64,000 nucleotides of DNA, taken from assembly GCA_009836005.1 (NCBI GenBank), contig VXWG01000010.1, forward strand, positions 1,879 to 65,878, read 5' to 3'. Source of the DNA: Candidatus Palauibacter irciniicola. Its GTDB lineage: Bacteria > Gemmatimonadota > Gemmatimonadetes > Palauibacterales > Palauibacteraceae. Shown piece after piece: positions 55,090 to 64,000 of this stretch. The notes beneath the pieces are model-generated. The model was not told the DNA's origin, did no database searches, and saw only the letters and a program-made list of their open reading frames with translations. The position numbers and the translations under genes were made by a program. The first letter of the stretch is position 1, and each line of letters begins with the position of its first letter.

Positions 55090-55757
55090 TTCTTCCCGCT
55101 GCCTCTCGCCGCGCGCATGAAGCGTCGCAGCCGCTCTTCGTCGAGGCGTCCGTCCGTTCTCACCCCCGAGCAGACATCCACGCCGAAGGGACGGACCGCG
55201 CCCAGGGCCGCGGCCAGGTTGCCCGGCCGGAGGCCGCCCGCGAGGTAGACGGGGCAGCCGGCCCGCTCGACGATGGCGCGGCTGTGGCTCCAGTCGTGGA
55301 CGCGACCCGTGCCCCCGAGTTGCCGCACGGGGAGGTCCGGGTTGCCCGAGTCGAGCAGGACCGCGTCGACGAGCGGCGCCACCGCGACGGCCTCCTCCAC
55401 CGAGTGCTCTCCCCGGACGTGGACGACCTGAACGAGCGAGACGCCCGGCAGCCGGCGGCGCAGGCTGCGGAGCGCGTCGGGCGCGAGCCGGTCCACGAGC
55501 TGGAGCGTGTCGGCCCGGGTCCGGCGCTGCTGGGCCTCGATCTCCTCGGGGTCCGTCCGCGACGTGAGCAGGAAGGTCGCGACGCCGCGCGGGGCCGCGG
55601 CCACGATGCGGCGGATCGTGGCCTCGTCGATGACCCCCGGCCCGCTCGGCATCGCCGAAACGAGCCCGATCGCCGTCGCCCCGCAGCTGGCGGCGAGCGC
55701 GGCCTCCTCGCGGCTCTCGATGCAGCAGATCTTGACCGCGGGCCTTCGATCGTTCAG
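55086..55757 (-). CDS. trpF: Phosphoribosylanthranilate isomerase (TrpF family)
   Basis: VKICCI, LLDSG, LGGTGRVHDW, LAGGL, GVDVCSGV. The only plausible start is CTG 55757, overlapping the upstream TGA. Confidence 0.85.
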   Translation of the reverse strand: MNDRRPAVKICCIESREEAALAASCGATAIGLVSAMPSGPGVIDEATIRRIVAAAPRGVATFLLTSRTDPEEIEAQQRRTRADTLQLVDRLAPDALRSLRRRLPGVSLVQVVHVRGEHSVEEAVAVAPLVDAVLLDSGNPDLPVRQLGGTGRVHDWSHSRAIVERAGCPVYLAGGLRPGNLAAALGAVRPFGVDVCSGVRTDGRLDEERLRRFMRAARGSGKN

Positions 55758-56791
55758 GCGGGCGCCCCCGTGGCCGCGCGCTCGACGCCGAGTCCCGGAC
55801 CGTCGGGCAGGACGATCCGACCCTCCTCGAGGTGCGGGCCCGTGAACGGATCGGTACGGAGGAGCGCGGCGCCATCCAGGTCCGCGTAGTCCACGAGCGA
55901 GGCCAGGTGCGCCGCCGGCGCGATCCCGAGGCTCGTCTCGAGCATGCACCCGAGCATGACGGAGAGGCCGCACGCGCGCGCGGTGTGGATCATGCGGAGC
56001 GCTTCTCGCGGACCTCCGCACTTGGCGAGCTTGATGTTGATGCCGTCGACGAGGCCGTCGAGTCGCGGGATGTCGGTCGCCACGATGCTCGACTCGTCCA
56101 CGACGATGGGGAGAACCGCGCGCGAGCGGACGAAGGCCAACTCGTCGTTCTCCGTCGGCGGGAGCGGCTGCTCCACGAACTCCACCCCGTACTCGGCGCA
56201 CATCGCGATCCCCTCGACGGCTTCCGCGGGCGTCCAGGCCGCGTTCGCGTCCACGCGCAGGACCTTGTCGGGCGCCGCGCCCCGGACGGCGCTCAGCCGC
56301 GCTTCGTCGTCGTCGCTCCCGAGCTTGATCTTGAGGATGGGCCACGCCTCGGCCTCGCGCGTCTTCCGGGCCATGGCGTCCGGAGCGTCGATGCCGATCG
56401 TGAACGAGCTGAGCGGCGCGTCGGCCGGATCCAGGCCCCACAGCTTCCAGAGCGGAAGTCCCGCGCGCTTTCCGACCCAGTCGTGGAGCGCCGACGAGAT
56501 GGCGCAGCGGGCCGACCCGTTGCGGCCGAGGAGGCTTGCGAGGTCCCGCTCGATGTTCTCGAGCCGGAAGGGATCCTCCACCTCCTCGATGCGGGGGGCC
56601 AGCTTTCTCAGCGCGGCCTCCACCGTGTCCGCGGTCTCTCCGTAGTACCCGGACGGATCCGCCTCGCCCCAGCCCTCGATCCCCTCGTGCTCCAGCCGCA
56701 CCCACACCAGGTCGTCGCCCGTCTTCACGCCGCGGCTGATGCCGAAGGGGTGCGCCGTCTCGACGTGGAACGGCTCCCACGAGATTCTCAT
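55754..56791 (-). CDS. Dipeptide (L-Ala-D/L-Glu) epimerase, enolase superfamily
   Basis: FGISRG, GWGEA, KIKLG, DANAAW, EQP, DES, NIKLAKCGG, GCMLE, DLDG. Confidence 0.92.
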   Translation of the reverse strand: MRISWEPFHVETAHPFGISRGVKTGDDLVWVRLEHEGIEGWGEADPSGYYGETADTVEAALRKLAPRIEEVEDPFRLENIERDLASLLGRNGSARCAISSALHDWVGKRAGLPLWKLWGLDPADAPLSSFTIGIDAPDAMARKTREAEAWPILKIKLGSDDDEARLSAVRGAAPDKVLRVDANAAWTPAEAVEGIAMCAEYGVEFVEQPLPPTENDELAFVRSRAVLPIVVDESSIVATDIPRLDGLVDGINIKLAKCGGPREALRMIHTARACGLSVMLGCMLETSLGIAPAAHLASLVDYADLDGAALLRTDPFTGPHLEEGRIVLPDGPGLGVERAATGAPA

Positions 56792-58023
56792 TTCCCGGCC
56801 GTCCGCCAGAGACTGTACTGGATGCGGGACGGAGTGACTTCGGGCCCGTCCTCGCGCATGTAGACATCGATTTCCGTCCGGTGGCCGAAGCGTCCCTCCA
56901 GGTAGACGCCGGGCTCGACGGAGAAGCCGACGCCCGCCACTAGCCGCCGGTCATCCCGCATCTCGATGCTGTCGAGGGTGGGGCCGACGCCGTGGAGTTC
57001 GCGGTCGATCCCGTGCCCGGTGCGATGGAAGATGGCGTCCTCATAGCCGCGCGCGATCAGCGTATCCCGGGCCGCGCGATCCGCGTCCGCTCCGGTGGCG
57101 CCCGGGTCCTGCCGGATGACTTCCACCGCCGCGTCGCGGGCCGCGACGACCGCATCCCAGGCGGCGGTCACTTCGGCGGGCGGCTCCGGACCGAGAAAAC
57201 CCATCCATGTCTGGTCGGCGAAGACCGCGTCGGGCTCCCCCGCCACGCGCCCCCACAGGTCCACCATGAACACCTGGTCCGCCGCGAGGGACGACGATCC
57301 CTCGGCGCGGGGTTCGTAGTGCGGTTTTGCGGCGTTGGGACCCACCGCGACGATCGTGTCCGTTTCCGTCAGGCCTTCGGCGCGCAGCCGCGCCCGGATC
57401 CATTCGGCGAGGTCGTGCTCCGTGACGGGGGTCGGCTCGCCGGAGGTGTCGAAGGCGGCGGCCGTCGCGGGATCCGGATCGGGCGCCAACCCCGCCGCGG
57501 CCGCCGCCAACTCGAACGCCGTCCGCGCCGTGCGGGCCAGGATTTCGGCCGCCGCGTGGTGCAGGGCGTGCCCGTGCGCGCCCCACTGGGCCGCCGTCCC
57601 GGAGATCAGGTCCACCGAACTGACGACCCGGGGCCCGAGCGATTCCACCAGTTCGACGACGCCGGCAGGGACGTGGTCCACGTACGGAATCGAGTCCCGG
57701 GGGCTCACCTCCATCGCGACCGTATCCATGCCCCGCAGCATCTCGCGCAGCGCCGTCTCCATCTCGTCCCAGCCGACGTAGCTCGTGAGCCGGTGCGGCC
57801 AGCCGTCCCATCCGGACACTTCGATCTTCTGGACGAGCGCGTGCGGCGTCCGACCCGGTTCGATGAGGACGAAGTACCGGCGTTTCTGGCCTTCGGGCAG
57901 CCCGACGAGGTGCGCCGCGAGCGGATTGAGGGCCCGGAAGTCGTACAGCAGCCAGGCGTCGATTTCCTGTCGTTCGAGTTCGCTGGAGGCGGTCTCCAGG
58001 AAGGGGGCATCAAGGTCGGGCAA
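56788..58023 (-). CDS. M24 family metallopeptidase (Xaa-Pro peptidase-like)
   Basis: PHY, DLW, ADQT, HRTGHGI, SVEPGVY, RTE. Confidence 0.88.
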   Translation of the reverse strand: MPDLDAPFLETASSELERQEIDAWLLYDFRALNPLAAHLVGLPEGQKRRYFVLIEPGRTPHALVQKIEVSGWDGWPHRLTSYVGWDEMETALREMLRGMDTVAMEVSPRDSIPYVDHVPAGVVELVESLGPRVVSSVDLISGTAAQWGAHGHALHHAAAEILARTARTAFELAAAAAGLAPDPDPATAAAFDTSGEPTPVTEHDLAEWIRARLRAEGLTETDTIVAVGPNAAKPHYEPRAEGSSSLAADQVFMVDLWGRVAGEPDAVFADQTWMGFLGPEPPAEVTAAWDAVVAARDAAVEVIRQDPGATGADADRAARDTLIARGYEDAIFHRTGHGIDRELHGVGPTLDSIEMRDDRRLVAGVGFSVEPGVYLEGRFGHRTEIDVYMREDGPEVTPSRIQYSLWRTAGK

Positions 58024-58063
58024 GGCCGGGCTCCTGTTCTGCGGGGGCGCGCGCCCGGGGCGG

Positions 58064-59032
58064 TCAGCCGGTGGCGTCGCGCAGGGCGGTCAGGTGCGAG
58101 ACGACGTTGCGTCCCAGTTCGTCGGGATTGTAACCGCCCTCGAGGAAGGAGACCACGCGTTTTCGGGCCGTGGCCCGGGTCCGCCCGACGACCTCGTGCG
58201 CCAGCGTGTCGAAGTGCGCCGGGGTGAGGGTGAATCCCCCCAGCGGATCCTCCGCCCCCGCGTCGAACCCGGCGGAGATGAGCGTCAGGTCGGGCTCGAA
58301 GCGGGCCAGCGCCCGATCGACGCCGTCGAGCAGCGTCTCCACGTAGCGCTCGGGTGGAAGACCCGCGGGCATGGGCAGGTTCAGCGTCGTCCCTTCTCCC
58401 GCTCCCCGTCCCCGTTCGGCGGCGGACCCGGTGCCGGGGAAGAGGGGATGCTGGTGCATCGAGAGGAAGAAGACGGAGGGGTCGTCGTAGAAGATGTCCT
58501 GGGTCCCGTTTCCGTGGTGCACGTCCCAGTCCACGATCAGCACCCGTTCGACTTCCGGCCGGGCCAGGGCGTGACGGGCGGCCACGGCGATGTGGTTGAA
58601 CAGGCAGAAGCCCATCGCGCGCTCCTGCGTCGCGTGGTGGCCCGGCGGGCGCACGGCGCAGAAAGCCGCGCGGCAGGTTCCATCGAGGACCGCGTCCACC
58701 GCCGCGATCCCGCACCCCGAGGCGGCGACGGCGGCGTCCCAGCTTCCCGGCGAGACCGGAGTATCGGGATCGATCCGTACGATCCCTCCGCTCTTGATGA
58801 CTCGGTCGCAGACCGCCCGCATGCGTTCCACGTGTCCCGGCGTGTGGGCCCGTTCCAGTGCGGCGACTTCGGCCGGAGGCGGCATGACGGGGAGGACATC
58901 CTCGTGAAGCTCGGGCAGCGCCCGCTCAAGCGCGGTCATCAGGGCGCGGAGCCGCCCCTGGTGTTCCGGGTGACCCCAGCCTGTGTCGTGCCGGCTGCAG
59001 TCGGGATGCTGAAACAGGCCGACCGGCTTCAG
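58064..59032 (-). CDS. Histone deacetylase family (acetoin-utilisation/acetylpolyamine amidohydrolase-like) protein
   Basis: RPPGHHA, GFCLFN, DWDVHHGNGTQ, SAGFDA, LEGGY. The conserved HDTG-x-GHPE-x3-RL lies upstream of the ORF-track ATG 58939, so the start was extended to CTG 59032. Confidence 0.88.
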   Translation of the reverse strand: MKPVGLFQHPDCSRHDTGWGHPEHQGRLRALMTALERALPELHEDVLPVMPPPAEVAALERAHTPGHVERMRAVCDRVIKSGGIVRIDPDTPVSPGSWDAAVAASGCGIAAVDAVLDGTCRAAFCAVRPPGHHATQERAMGFCLFNHIAVAARHALARPEVERVLIVDWDVHHGNGTQDIFYDDPSVFFLSMHQHPLFPGTGSAAERGRGAGEGTTLNLPMPAGLPPERYVETLLDGVDRALARFEPDLTLISAGFDAGAEDPLGGFTLTPAHFDTLAHEVVGRTRATARKRVVSFLEGGYNPDELGRNVVSHLTALRDATG

Positions 59033-59069
59033 CGCGGCCGCCTCGAACGGGCGTTTTCGGGATCCGCCA

Positions 59070-59909
59070 CTAGGTGGCGAAGGTCGCGAGGCTCTGTCCC
59101 TCCGGACCTTCCCGCAACTCCCGGAGCGCCCGGTCCCGGAGCTGCCGGACGCGTTCGCGCGTCACGCCGAGCAGGCGGCCGATCTGCTCCAGCGTGTGCG
59201 GGTCTTCGCCCTGCAGTCCGTAGTACAGCCGCACCACGCGCGCGTCGCGTGGCCGCAGGCGGCGCAGACCCTCGGCGATGTGCCGCTTCAGCAGACGCTG
59301 CTCGACGACTTCCTCGACATCCGTCTCGTCCGCGAGGAGCCGCTCTGCGAGATCGCTGTCGTCGGAGGTCCCGACCCGTGCGTCGAGCCGAACCTCTCGC
59401 GCGTTCAGTCTCCGCAGCAGCGCGATCGTGGGCAGCGTCAACCCCGTCTCCTCCGCGAGCTCCCGATCGCTGGGCTCACGGTCGAGGGTCTGACGCAGTT
59501 CGCCCCGCGCGCGGATCATGCGCGCCAGCTCGTTCGCCCGATTGAGAGGCACCCGCACCGGCCGGCCCTGCTTCGCGATGGCGGACAGGATCGCCTGGCG
59601 AATCCACCACACGGCGTAGCTGATGAACTTCACGCCGTGGTCCGGGTCGAACTTCCGGGCAGCGATGACCAGGCCGACGTTCCCCTCCTGAATCAGGTCG
59701 AGGAAGCTCAGCCCCTTGTTGCGGTATCGTCGGGCGATGGAGATGACGAAGCGCAGATTCGCGCGGATGAGACGGTCGAGGGCGGAGGAGTCGCCGCTGC
59801 GAGCCGAGCGGGCGGTCTCACGTTCCTCGCTGGGGCTCAGGAGCGGATAACGACCCAGCTCCTCGAGGTAGCGTTCAAGGATGTTGGGCGACAAATCCTC
59901 GCGATCCAT
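59070..59909 (-). CDS. RNA polymerase sigma-70 factor, RpoD/SigA-family short form (no region 1.1)
   Basis: YLEELGRYPLL, ANLRFVISIARRY, DLIQEGNVGL, KFISYAVWWIRQAI, TLEQIG-x4-VTRERVRQ. Confidence 0.93.
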   Translation of the reverse strand: MDREDLSPNILERYLEELGRYPLLSPSEERETARSARSGDSSALDRLIRANLRFVISIARRYRNKGLSFLDLIQEGNVGLVIAARKFDPDHGVKFISYAVWWIRQAILSAIAKQGRPVRVPLNRANELARMIRARGELRQTLDREPSDRELAEETGLTLPTIALLRRLNAREVRLDARVGTSDDSDLAERLLADETDVEEVVEQRLLKRHIAEGLRRLRPRDARVVRLYYGLQGEDPHTLEQIGRLLGVTRERVRQLRDRALRELREGPEGQSLATFAT

Positions 59910-60075
59910 CGCAACTTCCTCTCTTTGCGGGACGTCGACCCGGTCAGGCTGTCGGGCCGAGCTACCGATTCCGGCTCCGTCGCGCACGGACCATCCGACG
60001 CTTCAATGAAGCTAAACGCGGATCGGCCACCCCGCAAAATGCATGTCCCGGCGGGCACGAGACCCGGGGGGTACG

Positions 60076-60879
60076 TCAGAAGCGGCCGCGAGCGCGTTCG
60101 CGGGCGGGGAGGACTTCGAGGCAGGTGGTCCACCAGCCCGTGAGGATCGTCTCCACGAACTCCTCCGGCAGTTCTTCGTCGCGCATCTCGCCTGCGAGGC
60201 GCTCGTGATCGTAGCCCACCGGCACGAACTCGAGATTCGGCTGCGCCCCCGTGTCGGCGCCGAAATCGAGAAGTGCGTACCACACCTCGGTCCGCCCGTC
60301 GTTCGCGGGCCGGCCCAGGACGCCGACGTTGGCGAAGAGTCCGCCGCCGGGCAGCGAGCGCTGCCACGGGATCCCGGTATGGGTCGCGAGCATGATGTCC
60401 GCCTCGTGCTCCCGGGCGAGCCACGTGAGGAACTGCGTGGAGGTCGCCGATTCCCAGAGGAATTCGTTCATGCGCCGAGGGCTGCCGTGACACATGAGCA
60501 CCCGCGCGCCGTTCGCCTCCAGGCGGATCTCGCCGGGGAGGCGGCCCATCCAGCGGCGCCACCGTTCGTGCGTGTTCCGGAACGTGTAGCGGTACGAGAG
60601 CCGCGCGAAGTAGTTGTCGCGCGGGTCGGTATATCCGCACTGGCAATCGTCGAGGCCGCGCGCGATCGAATCGTCGTAGTTCCCGCGCAGGACGCGGACA
60701 TCGTGGTCGATGAGGAGCGGGAAGACCCGGTCCGGGTGGGGACCGAACGCCCCGAGGTCGCCCAGGCAGTAGAGCGTTTCCGCCCCCCGGGCGGCGGCGT
60801 CCCCGATCGCGGCCGCCAGCGCCAGGTGATTGCTGTAGACGCCGCCGAAGACGGCGATCCGGCGCGGTTCAGGAGACAT
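60076..60879 (-). CDS. Calcineurin-like metallophosphoesterase family protein with divergent motifs
   Basis: FGGVYSN, CLGDLG, RGNYD, CHGSP, THTG, NVGVLGRP. Overlaps the radical SAM stop. Confidence 0.82.
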   Translation of the reverse strand: MSPEPRRIAVFGGVYSNHLALAAAIGDAAARGAETLYCLGDLGAFGPHPDRVFPLLIDHDVRVLRGNYDDSIARGLDDCQCGYTDPRDNYFARLSYRYTFRNTHERWRRWMGRLPGEIRLEANGARVLMCHGSPRRMNEFLWESATSTQFLTWLAREHEADIMLATHTGIPWQRSLPGGGLFANVGVLGRPANDGRTEVWYALLDFGADTGAQPNLEFVPVGYDHERLAGEMRDEELPEEFVETILTGWWTTCLEVLPARERARGRF

Positions 60880-61867
60880 CCTGTCCGATGCCCCCGTAGT
60901 TGGAGCAGATCGCACCGTGCAGCCAGCACGTGTAGCACGCGGACTCGTCGAGCCGCACCGGGCGGGACGCCTCCTCCAGCGTCGAACCCATGCGCGCCGC
61001 CGGCGTCTCGATGAGGATGGGACAGGCGTAGATGCCGCGGTTCGTCACCACCCGGCTCGAGGCGCAGAGCAACTGGCGCTCGTCGTACCCCTCCATCATC
61101 GCCTCCGTCACGTGCTCCTCATTGGTATAGGGGCGCACGCGGTCGGCCTCGCGTCCGATGCGGAGCGACGGGAGGATCTTGAGCCGCGGGTTTTCGTACC
61201 CGAGCCCCCGAAGCCGGGCGACGAACGCCTGCCGCACCTCTTCGTCCCGTTCCGGTTCCCACACCTGCGTGGCGGTGATGATCGGAAGGAACCCCTCCTC
61301 GAGCAGCTTCCGGACGCCTTCCATGGCGCGGTCGAAGGTGCCGTCGCCCCGGATGGGGTCGTTCATCTCGGGCGAAGGCCCGTCGAGGGACACGCGCATT
61401 TCGAGCGAGTAGCTCGCCGCGCGGGCGGTCCGGGCGATGGGCTTCAGGGCCCGCGCCGGGAGCAGGGTCCCGTTCGTCAGCACGGAGGCCGGCCCCCGCT
61501 CCAGGGTCCGTTCCAGCATGGCGGGGAGGTCGGGGTGCATGAAGGGCTCGCCGCCGGTGAAGTAGTACTCCTTGACGCCCCACGTCTCCGAGCGCCGGAG
61601 CCAGTCCTCGACCTCGGCGAGCGAGAGGAACTCGAAGCTGTCGTTGTCCGGGGCACAACTGATGAAGCAGTGGACGCAGCGCAGGTTGCAGATCGTCCCG
61701 GTGACCTGAAACCAGAGCGTATCCAGGTGGTCCAGCCGCACGAGCGGCGCATCCGCGCGCGACTCCGCAGCCGGACCCGCGCCGTTCGACGCGGGCGCGG
61801 GCGAGTGGATCTTCCGCGCTCTCGCGATGTCTCGCTGTGGTTCGATCGGCAGCGCCGATCCAGGCAT
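60869..61867 (-). CDS. Radical SAM protein
   Basis: CNLRCVHC (CxxxCxxC), FTGGEPF, LTNGT, VSLDG, additional C-terminal cysteines (C...CPIL...CYTC...C). Confidence 0.92.
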   Translation of the reverse strand: MPGSALPIEPQRDIARARKIHSPAPASNGAGPAAESRADAPLVRLDHLDTLWFQVTGTICNLRCVHCFISCAPDNDSFEFLSLAEVEDWLRRSETWGVKEYYFTGGEPFMHPDLPAMLERTLERGPASVLTNGTLLPARALKPIARTARAASYSLEMRVSLDGPSPEMNDPIRGDGTFDRAMEGVRKLLEEGFLPIITATQVWEPERDEEVRQAFVARLRGLGYENPRLKILPSLRIGREADRVRPYTNEEHVTEAMMEGYDERQLLCASSRVVTNRGIYACPILIETPAARMGSTLEEASRPVRLDESACYTCWLHGAICSNYGGIGQDVS

Positions 61868-61887
61868 CGGACAAACCTTTCCTTACC

Positions 61888-61972
61888 GCAGGCTGTTGAT
61901 CCTACCGCGTGCGCAGGGCTGCGCGCGAACGAGGTCCAGCAGCCGCAGCGGGGTTTTGCCACGGGCTGCTAG
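61888..61972. mobile_element. Possible degenerate IS-end/MITE remnant at a CTAG site
   Basis: Left GCAGGCTGTTGA and right TTTTGCCACGGGCTGCTAG form imperfect inverted ends. The right 14 nt match 23225-23238 exactly in reverse complement. Confidence 0.35.
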
Positions 61973-63321
61973 ATCAGGAGGCCCGCTCCCGACTCGAGCC
62001 GAGCTTCCACTTCCTCTTCGGCGGCCTCGATCAGCGCCAGCACCGGCTTCGGATCGCGCGGAGCGGAAGGCTCGAAGGAGAAGATGCGCAGCACCCGCGC
62101 CGAGTGGTGCAGGGAACGTCCAAGCCGCGGGATGTCGATGAGACCGCGCTCGCCCAGCGCGGTCAGCCGGCGGACTTCGCCGTCGTTCCGCACGAGGAGC
62201 AGGTTGAGTTCGAGCATGCCCGGGTAGCTCGGGTAGTCGAGCATCACCGCACCCTCGGAGAGCCCCCACTCGTGCGCCATGCGCCGTTCGAGCGCGGCGA
62301 CGAGATCCGGGCGCCGCGAGGGCCACGACGACAACGCGTCCGGGAGCTGGTCGCCCGTCAACTCCACGAGCCGCTTCGGGAGGCGCCGGTCGACGAGCGC
62401 CCCCAGCAGCTTCGCCGCCCGGCCGACGGCGGATGCGCCGTCGTAGCCCGGGCCCGCCGACGACCGTTCGATGCGCCGGCCGATGAGCGACAGCAGTTCC
62501 TCGTCGCTGGGGCCCGCCAGGTCTTCGGACGCGAGCAGGCCGCTGTCGAGCGCCGTCTGGACGAGGCGCACGAAGGTCAGCGTCGCGGCGCGCACGGCGT
62601 GGTGCCAGTAGACGTTGCGGAACATCTGGTACTTCGAGAAGAGGAGCGTCTCCAGCGCGCTGAGCCCCTTCTCGCTCACCGCGAGTTCGAGCCGGCTTCC
62701 GGCCCCTGCGCGGGCGACGGTGAGCGCGGGGAGGAGACGGTCGACGTCCACGGCTCCGTACGGCACGCCGCAGAAAAGGGAGTCGCGCCGGAGGTAGTCG
62801 ATCTTGTCGAGGTCCAGCGATCCCGAGATCAGCCCCTGCAGCGGGTGGCCGGACCGCCCGCGGATGAGGGCGCCGATGCGCGCCGGGGCATCCGGGCCGT
62901 GCCGCTCCAGGACGCGCCGGATGGGGTCCGCCGTCATGAAGCGCGCCGCGATCTCTTCATGGTCTCCGGGGATCGCGCTCGGACCGAGTTCTTCCACCGC
63001 GTGCGAGAAGGCGTAGTGCCCGACGTCGTGGAGGAGCGCGCCGAGACGAACGACCGGCAGTTCGCTCATGTCCCCCGCATCGAGCACCTCGAGGTGGCCG
63101 TCGCGCTCGAGACGGGAGATGGCGCGCGAGACGAGGTGGTAGACGCCGAGGGCGTGCAGGAAGCGGTTGTGCACGCCGCCGGGATACACGAGGTGCGCGA
63201 AGCCGAGTTGCTTGACCCGCCGCAGGCGCTGGAACTGGGGCGCGTCGAGAATCTCGGCCGCGTCCCCCTCCACGCGGACGTTCCCCCACAGGGGATCACG
63301 GATCGTTCGTAGTCTGGCCAT
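61969..63321 (-). CDS. HD-domain phosphohydrolase (dNTPase/SAMHD1-like, YdhJ family)
   Basis: IRDPLWG, FQRLRRVKQLG, YPGGVHNRFLHALG, LLHDVGHYAFSH, DLDKIDYLRRDS, VYWH. Confidence 0.92.
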   Translation of the reverse strand: MARLRTIRDPLWGNVRVEGDAAEILDAPQFQRLRRVKQLGFAHLVYPGGVHNRFLHALGVYHLVSRAISRLERDGHLEVLDAGDMSELPVVRLGALLHDVGHYAFSHAVEELGPSAIPGDHEEIAARFMTADPIRRVLERHGPDAPARIGALIRGRSGHPLQGLISGSLDLDKIDYLRRDSLFCGVPYGAVDVDRLLPALTVARAGAGSRLELAVSEKGLSALETLLFSKYQMFRNVYWHHAVRAATLTFVRLVQTALDSGLLASEDLAGPSDEELLSLIGRRIERSSAGPGYDGASAVGRAAKLLGALVDRRLPKRLVELTGDQLPDALSSWPSRRPDLVAALERRMAHEWGLSEGAVMLDYPSYPGMLELNLLLVRNDGEVRRLTALGERGLIDIPRLGRSLHHSARVLRIFSFEPSAPRDPKPVLALIEAAEEEVEARLESGAGLLI

Positions 63322-63515
63322 GGGCGTCGCTGAACATGCTCCGCGCAGCGTTCAACGGCCAATCAACCGAGACGGCGGCATACGGCCCGCGGCATACGGC
63401 CGGTTTGAGGTGTCGGCGGTGTTGCGGCGCGGTTGGGACGTTCGCGAGCTTGGACCCGTCAGGGCTCCAGCAGGGGCTTTCCCACGGGAGCACGAGCAGG
63501 CGGAACGGAGGCGGC

Positions 63516-63899
63516 GTGGAGATCAAACGCGACCGGATGGTGCACCTCGGGTACGCGAAGTACTGGCGCTCCGACCAGATCGTCGGGCTGCTCCCGATCG
63601 AGGAGGATCGGGGACCCGGCCGGCGTACGGAGGTCTTCGTCGCCAGCCGGTCCGAGCCCGTCACGGCGTCTCGATCCGAGGCTTCCATCCTCCGGGACAT
63701 GGCGTCGCTCCCGGACGAGGCCCGGGTCGCCGAGGCCGGCTCCATCGCCGAGGACCTCGTGGGCGCGCTGCGCGACCTGTCGCCGGTGCTCAAGCGGATG
63801 CTGAAGAACGAAGAGGGGTTCGACGTCGAGTACTGGGCCGGCAGACTGCGGCGGGTCATGGAGTCGGACGATGACGGGCAGGAGGACCTCTTCGGCTGA
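63516..63899 (+). CDS. Hypothetical protein
   Basis: GTG start after GGAGG, typical codon usage. VHLGYAKY...IVGL...GRRTEVFV is faintly RemA/DUF370-like. Confidence 0.65.
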   Translation: MEIKRDRMVHLGYAKYWRSDQIVGLLPIEEDRGPGRRTEVFVASRSEPVTASRSEASILRDMASLPDEARVAEAGSIAEDLVGALRDLSPVLKRMLKNEEGFDVEYWAGRLRRVMESDDDGQEDLFG

Positions 63900-64000
63900 C
63901 GGGCGACGGGTGGCCGCCGCGGCGGCGGTCGCCGTGGCGGCGCTCTGCTTCGCGTCCGGGGGCGGAGCCCAGGAGATCCCCCAACCGCCGGCCGAGGTTC
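63871..64000 (+). CDS. Exported protein, N-terminal fragment (runs off the window)
   Basis: MTGRRTSSADGRRVAAAAAVAVAALCFASGGGAQEIPQPPAEV is signal-peptide-like. GGAG upstream. Confidence 0.5.
   Translation, partial: MTGRRTSSADGRRVAAAAAVAVAALCFASGGGAQEIPQPPAEV

Noticed and set aside
1-64000. rRNA, tRNA, transposase, integrase or prophage genes
   Set aside because: Intergenic gaps are short and none showed cloverleaf or rRNA signatures, and no such protein motifs were recognised. A covariance-model scan would be needed to exclude small RNAs.

Overview
GC-rich bacterial chromosome segment with about 53 protein-coding genes. No rRNA, tRNA, CRISPR array, transposase or integrase was seen. The gene repertoire (TonB-dependent receptor, Tat and lipoprotein enzymes, leishmanolysin-like protease, sterol methyltransferase) would fit a Gemmatimonadota-like, possibly sponge-associated diderm, but this is inference. 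Two regions stand out. (1) At 14.8-19.5 kb is a LysW amino-carrier operon: lysW (54 aa, absent from the ORF track), lysX, lysY, an Ntn/class II glutamine-amidotransferase-like gene, lysZ and lysJ. It has no lysK. The Ntn hydrolase keeps the catalytic Cys1, Arg and Asn-Gly but has lost the residues that bind a free alpha-amino group, so it is a candidate non-orthologous LysK replacement. (2) At 22.2-30.8 kb is an apparently more AT-rich sterol-tailoring island: a Neverland/KshA-like Rieske oxygenase, a sterol C-24 methyltransferase, a GOLPH3/GPP34-cytochrome P450 fusion with a non-canonical I-helix, and an RND exporter pair. Other observations include two convergent Tat-exported sulfite-oxidase-family enzymes, a frameshifted TonB receptor, a split xanthine-dehydrogenase-family enzyme, an AbiE toxin-antitoxin pair, a radical SAM plus degenerate metallophosphoesterase pair, a Cys/His-rich lipoprotein, apparent leaderless genes, CTG starts, and IS-end-like footprints at CTAG sites. 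All family assignments come from motif recognition by eye, not from database searches.
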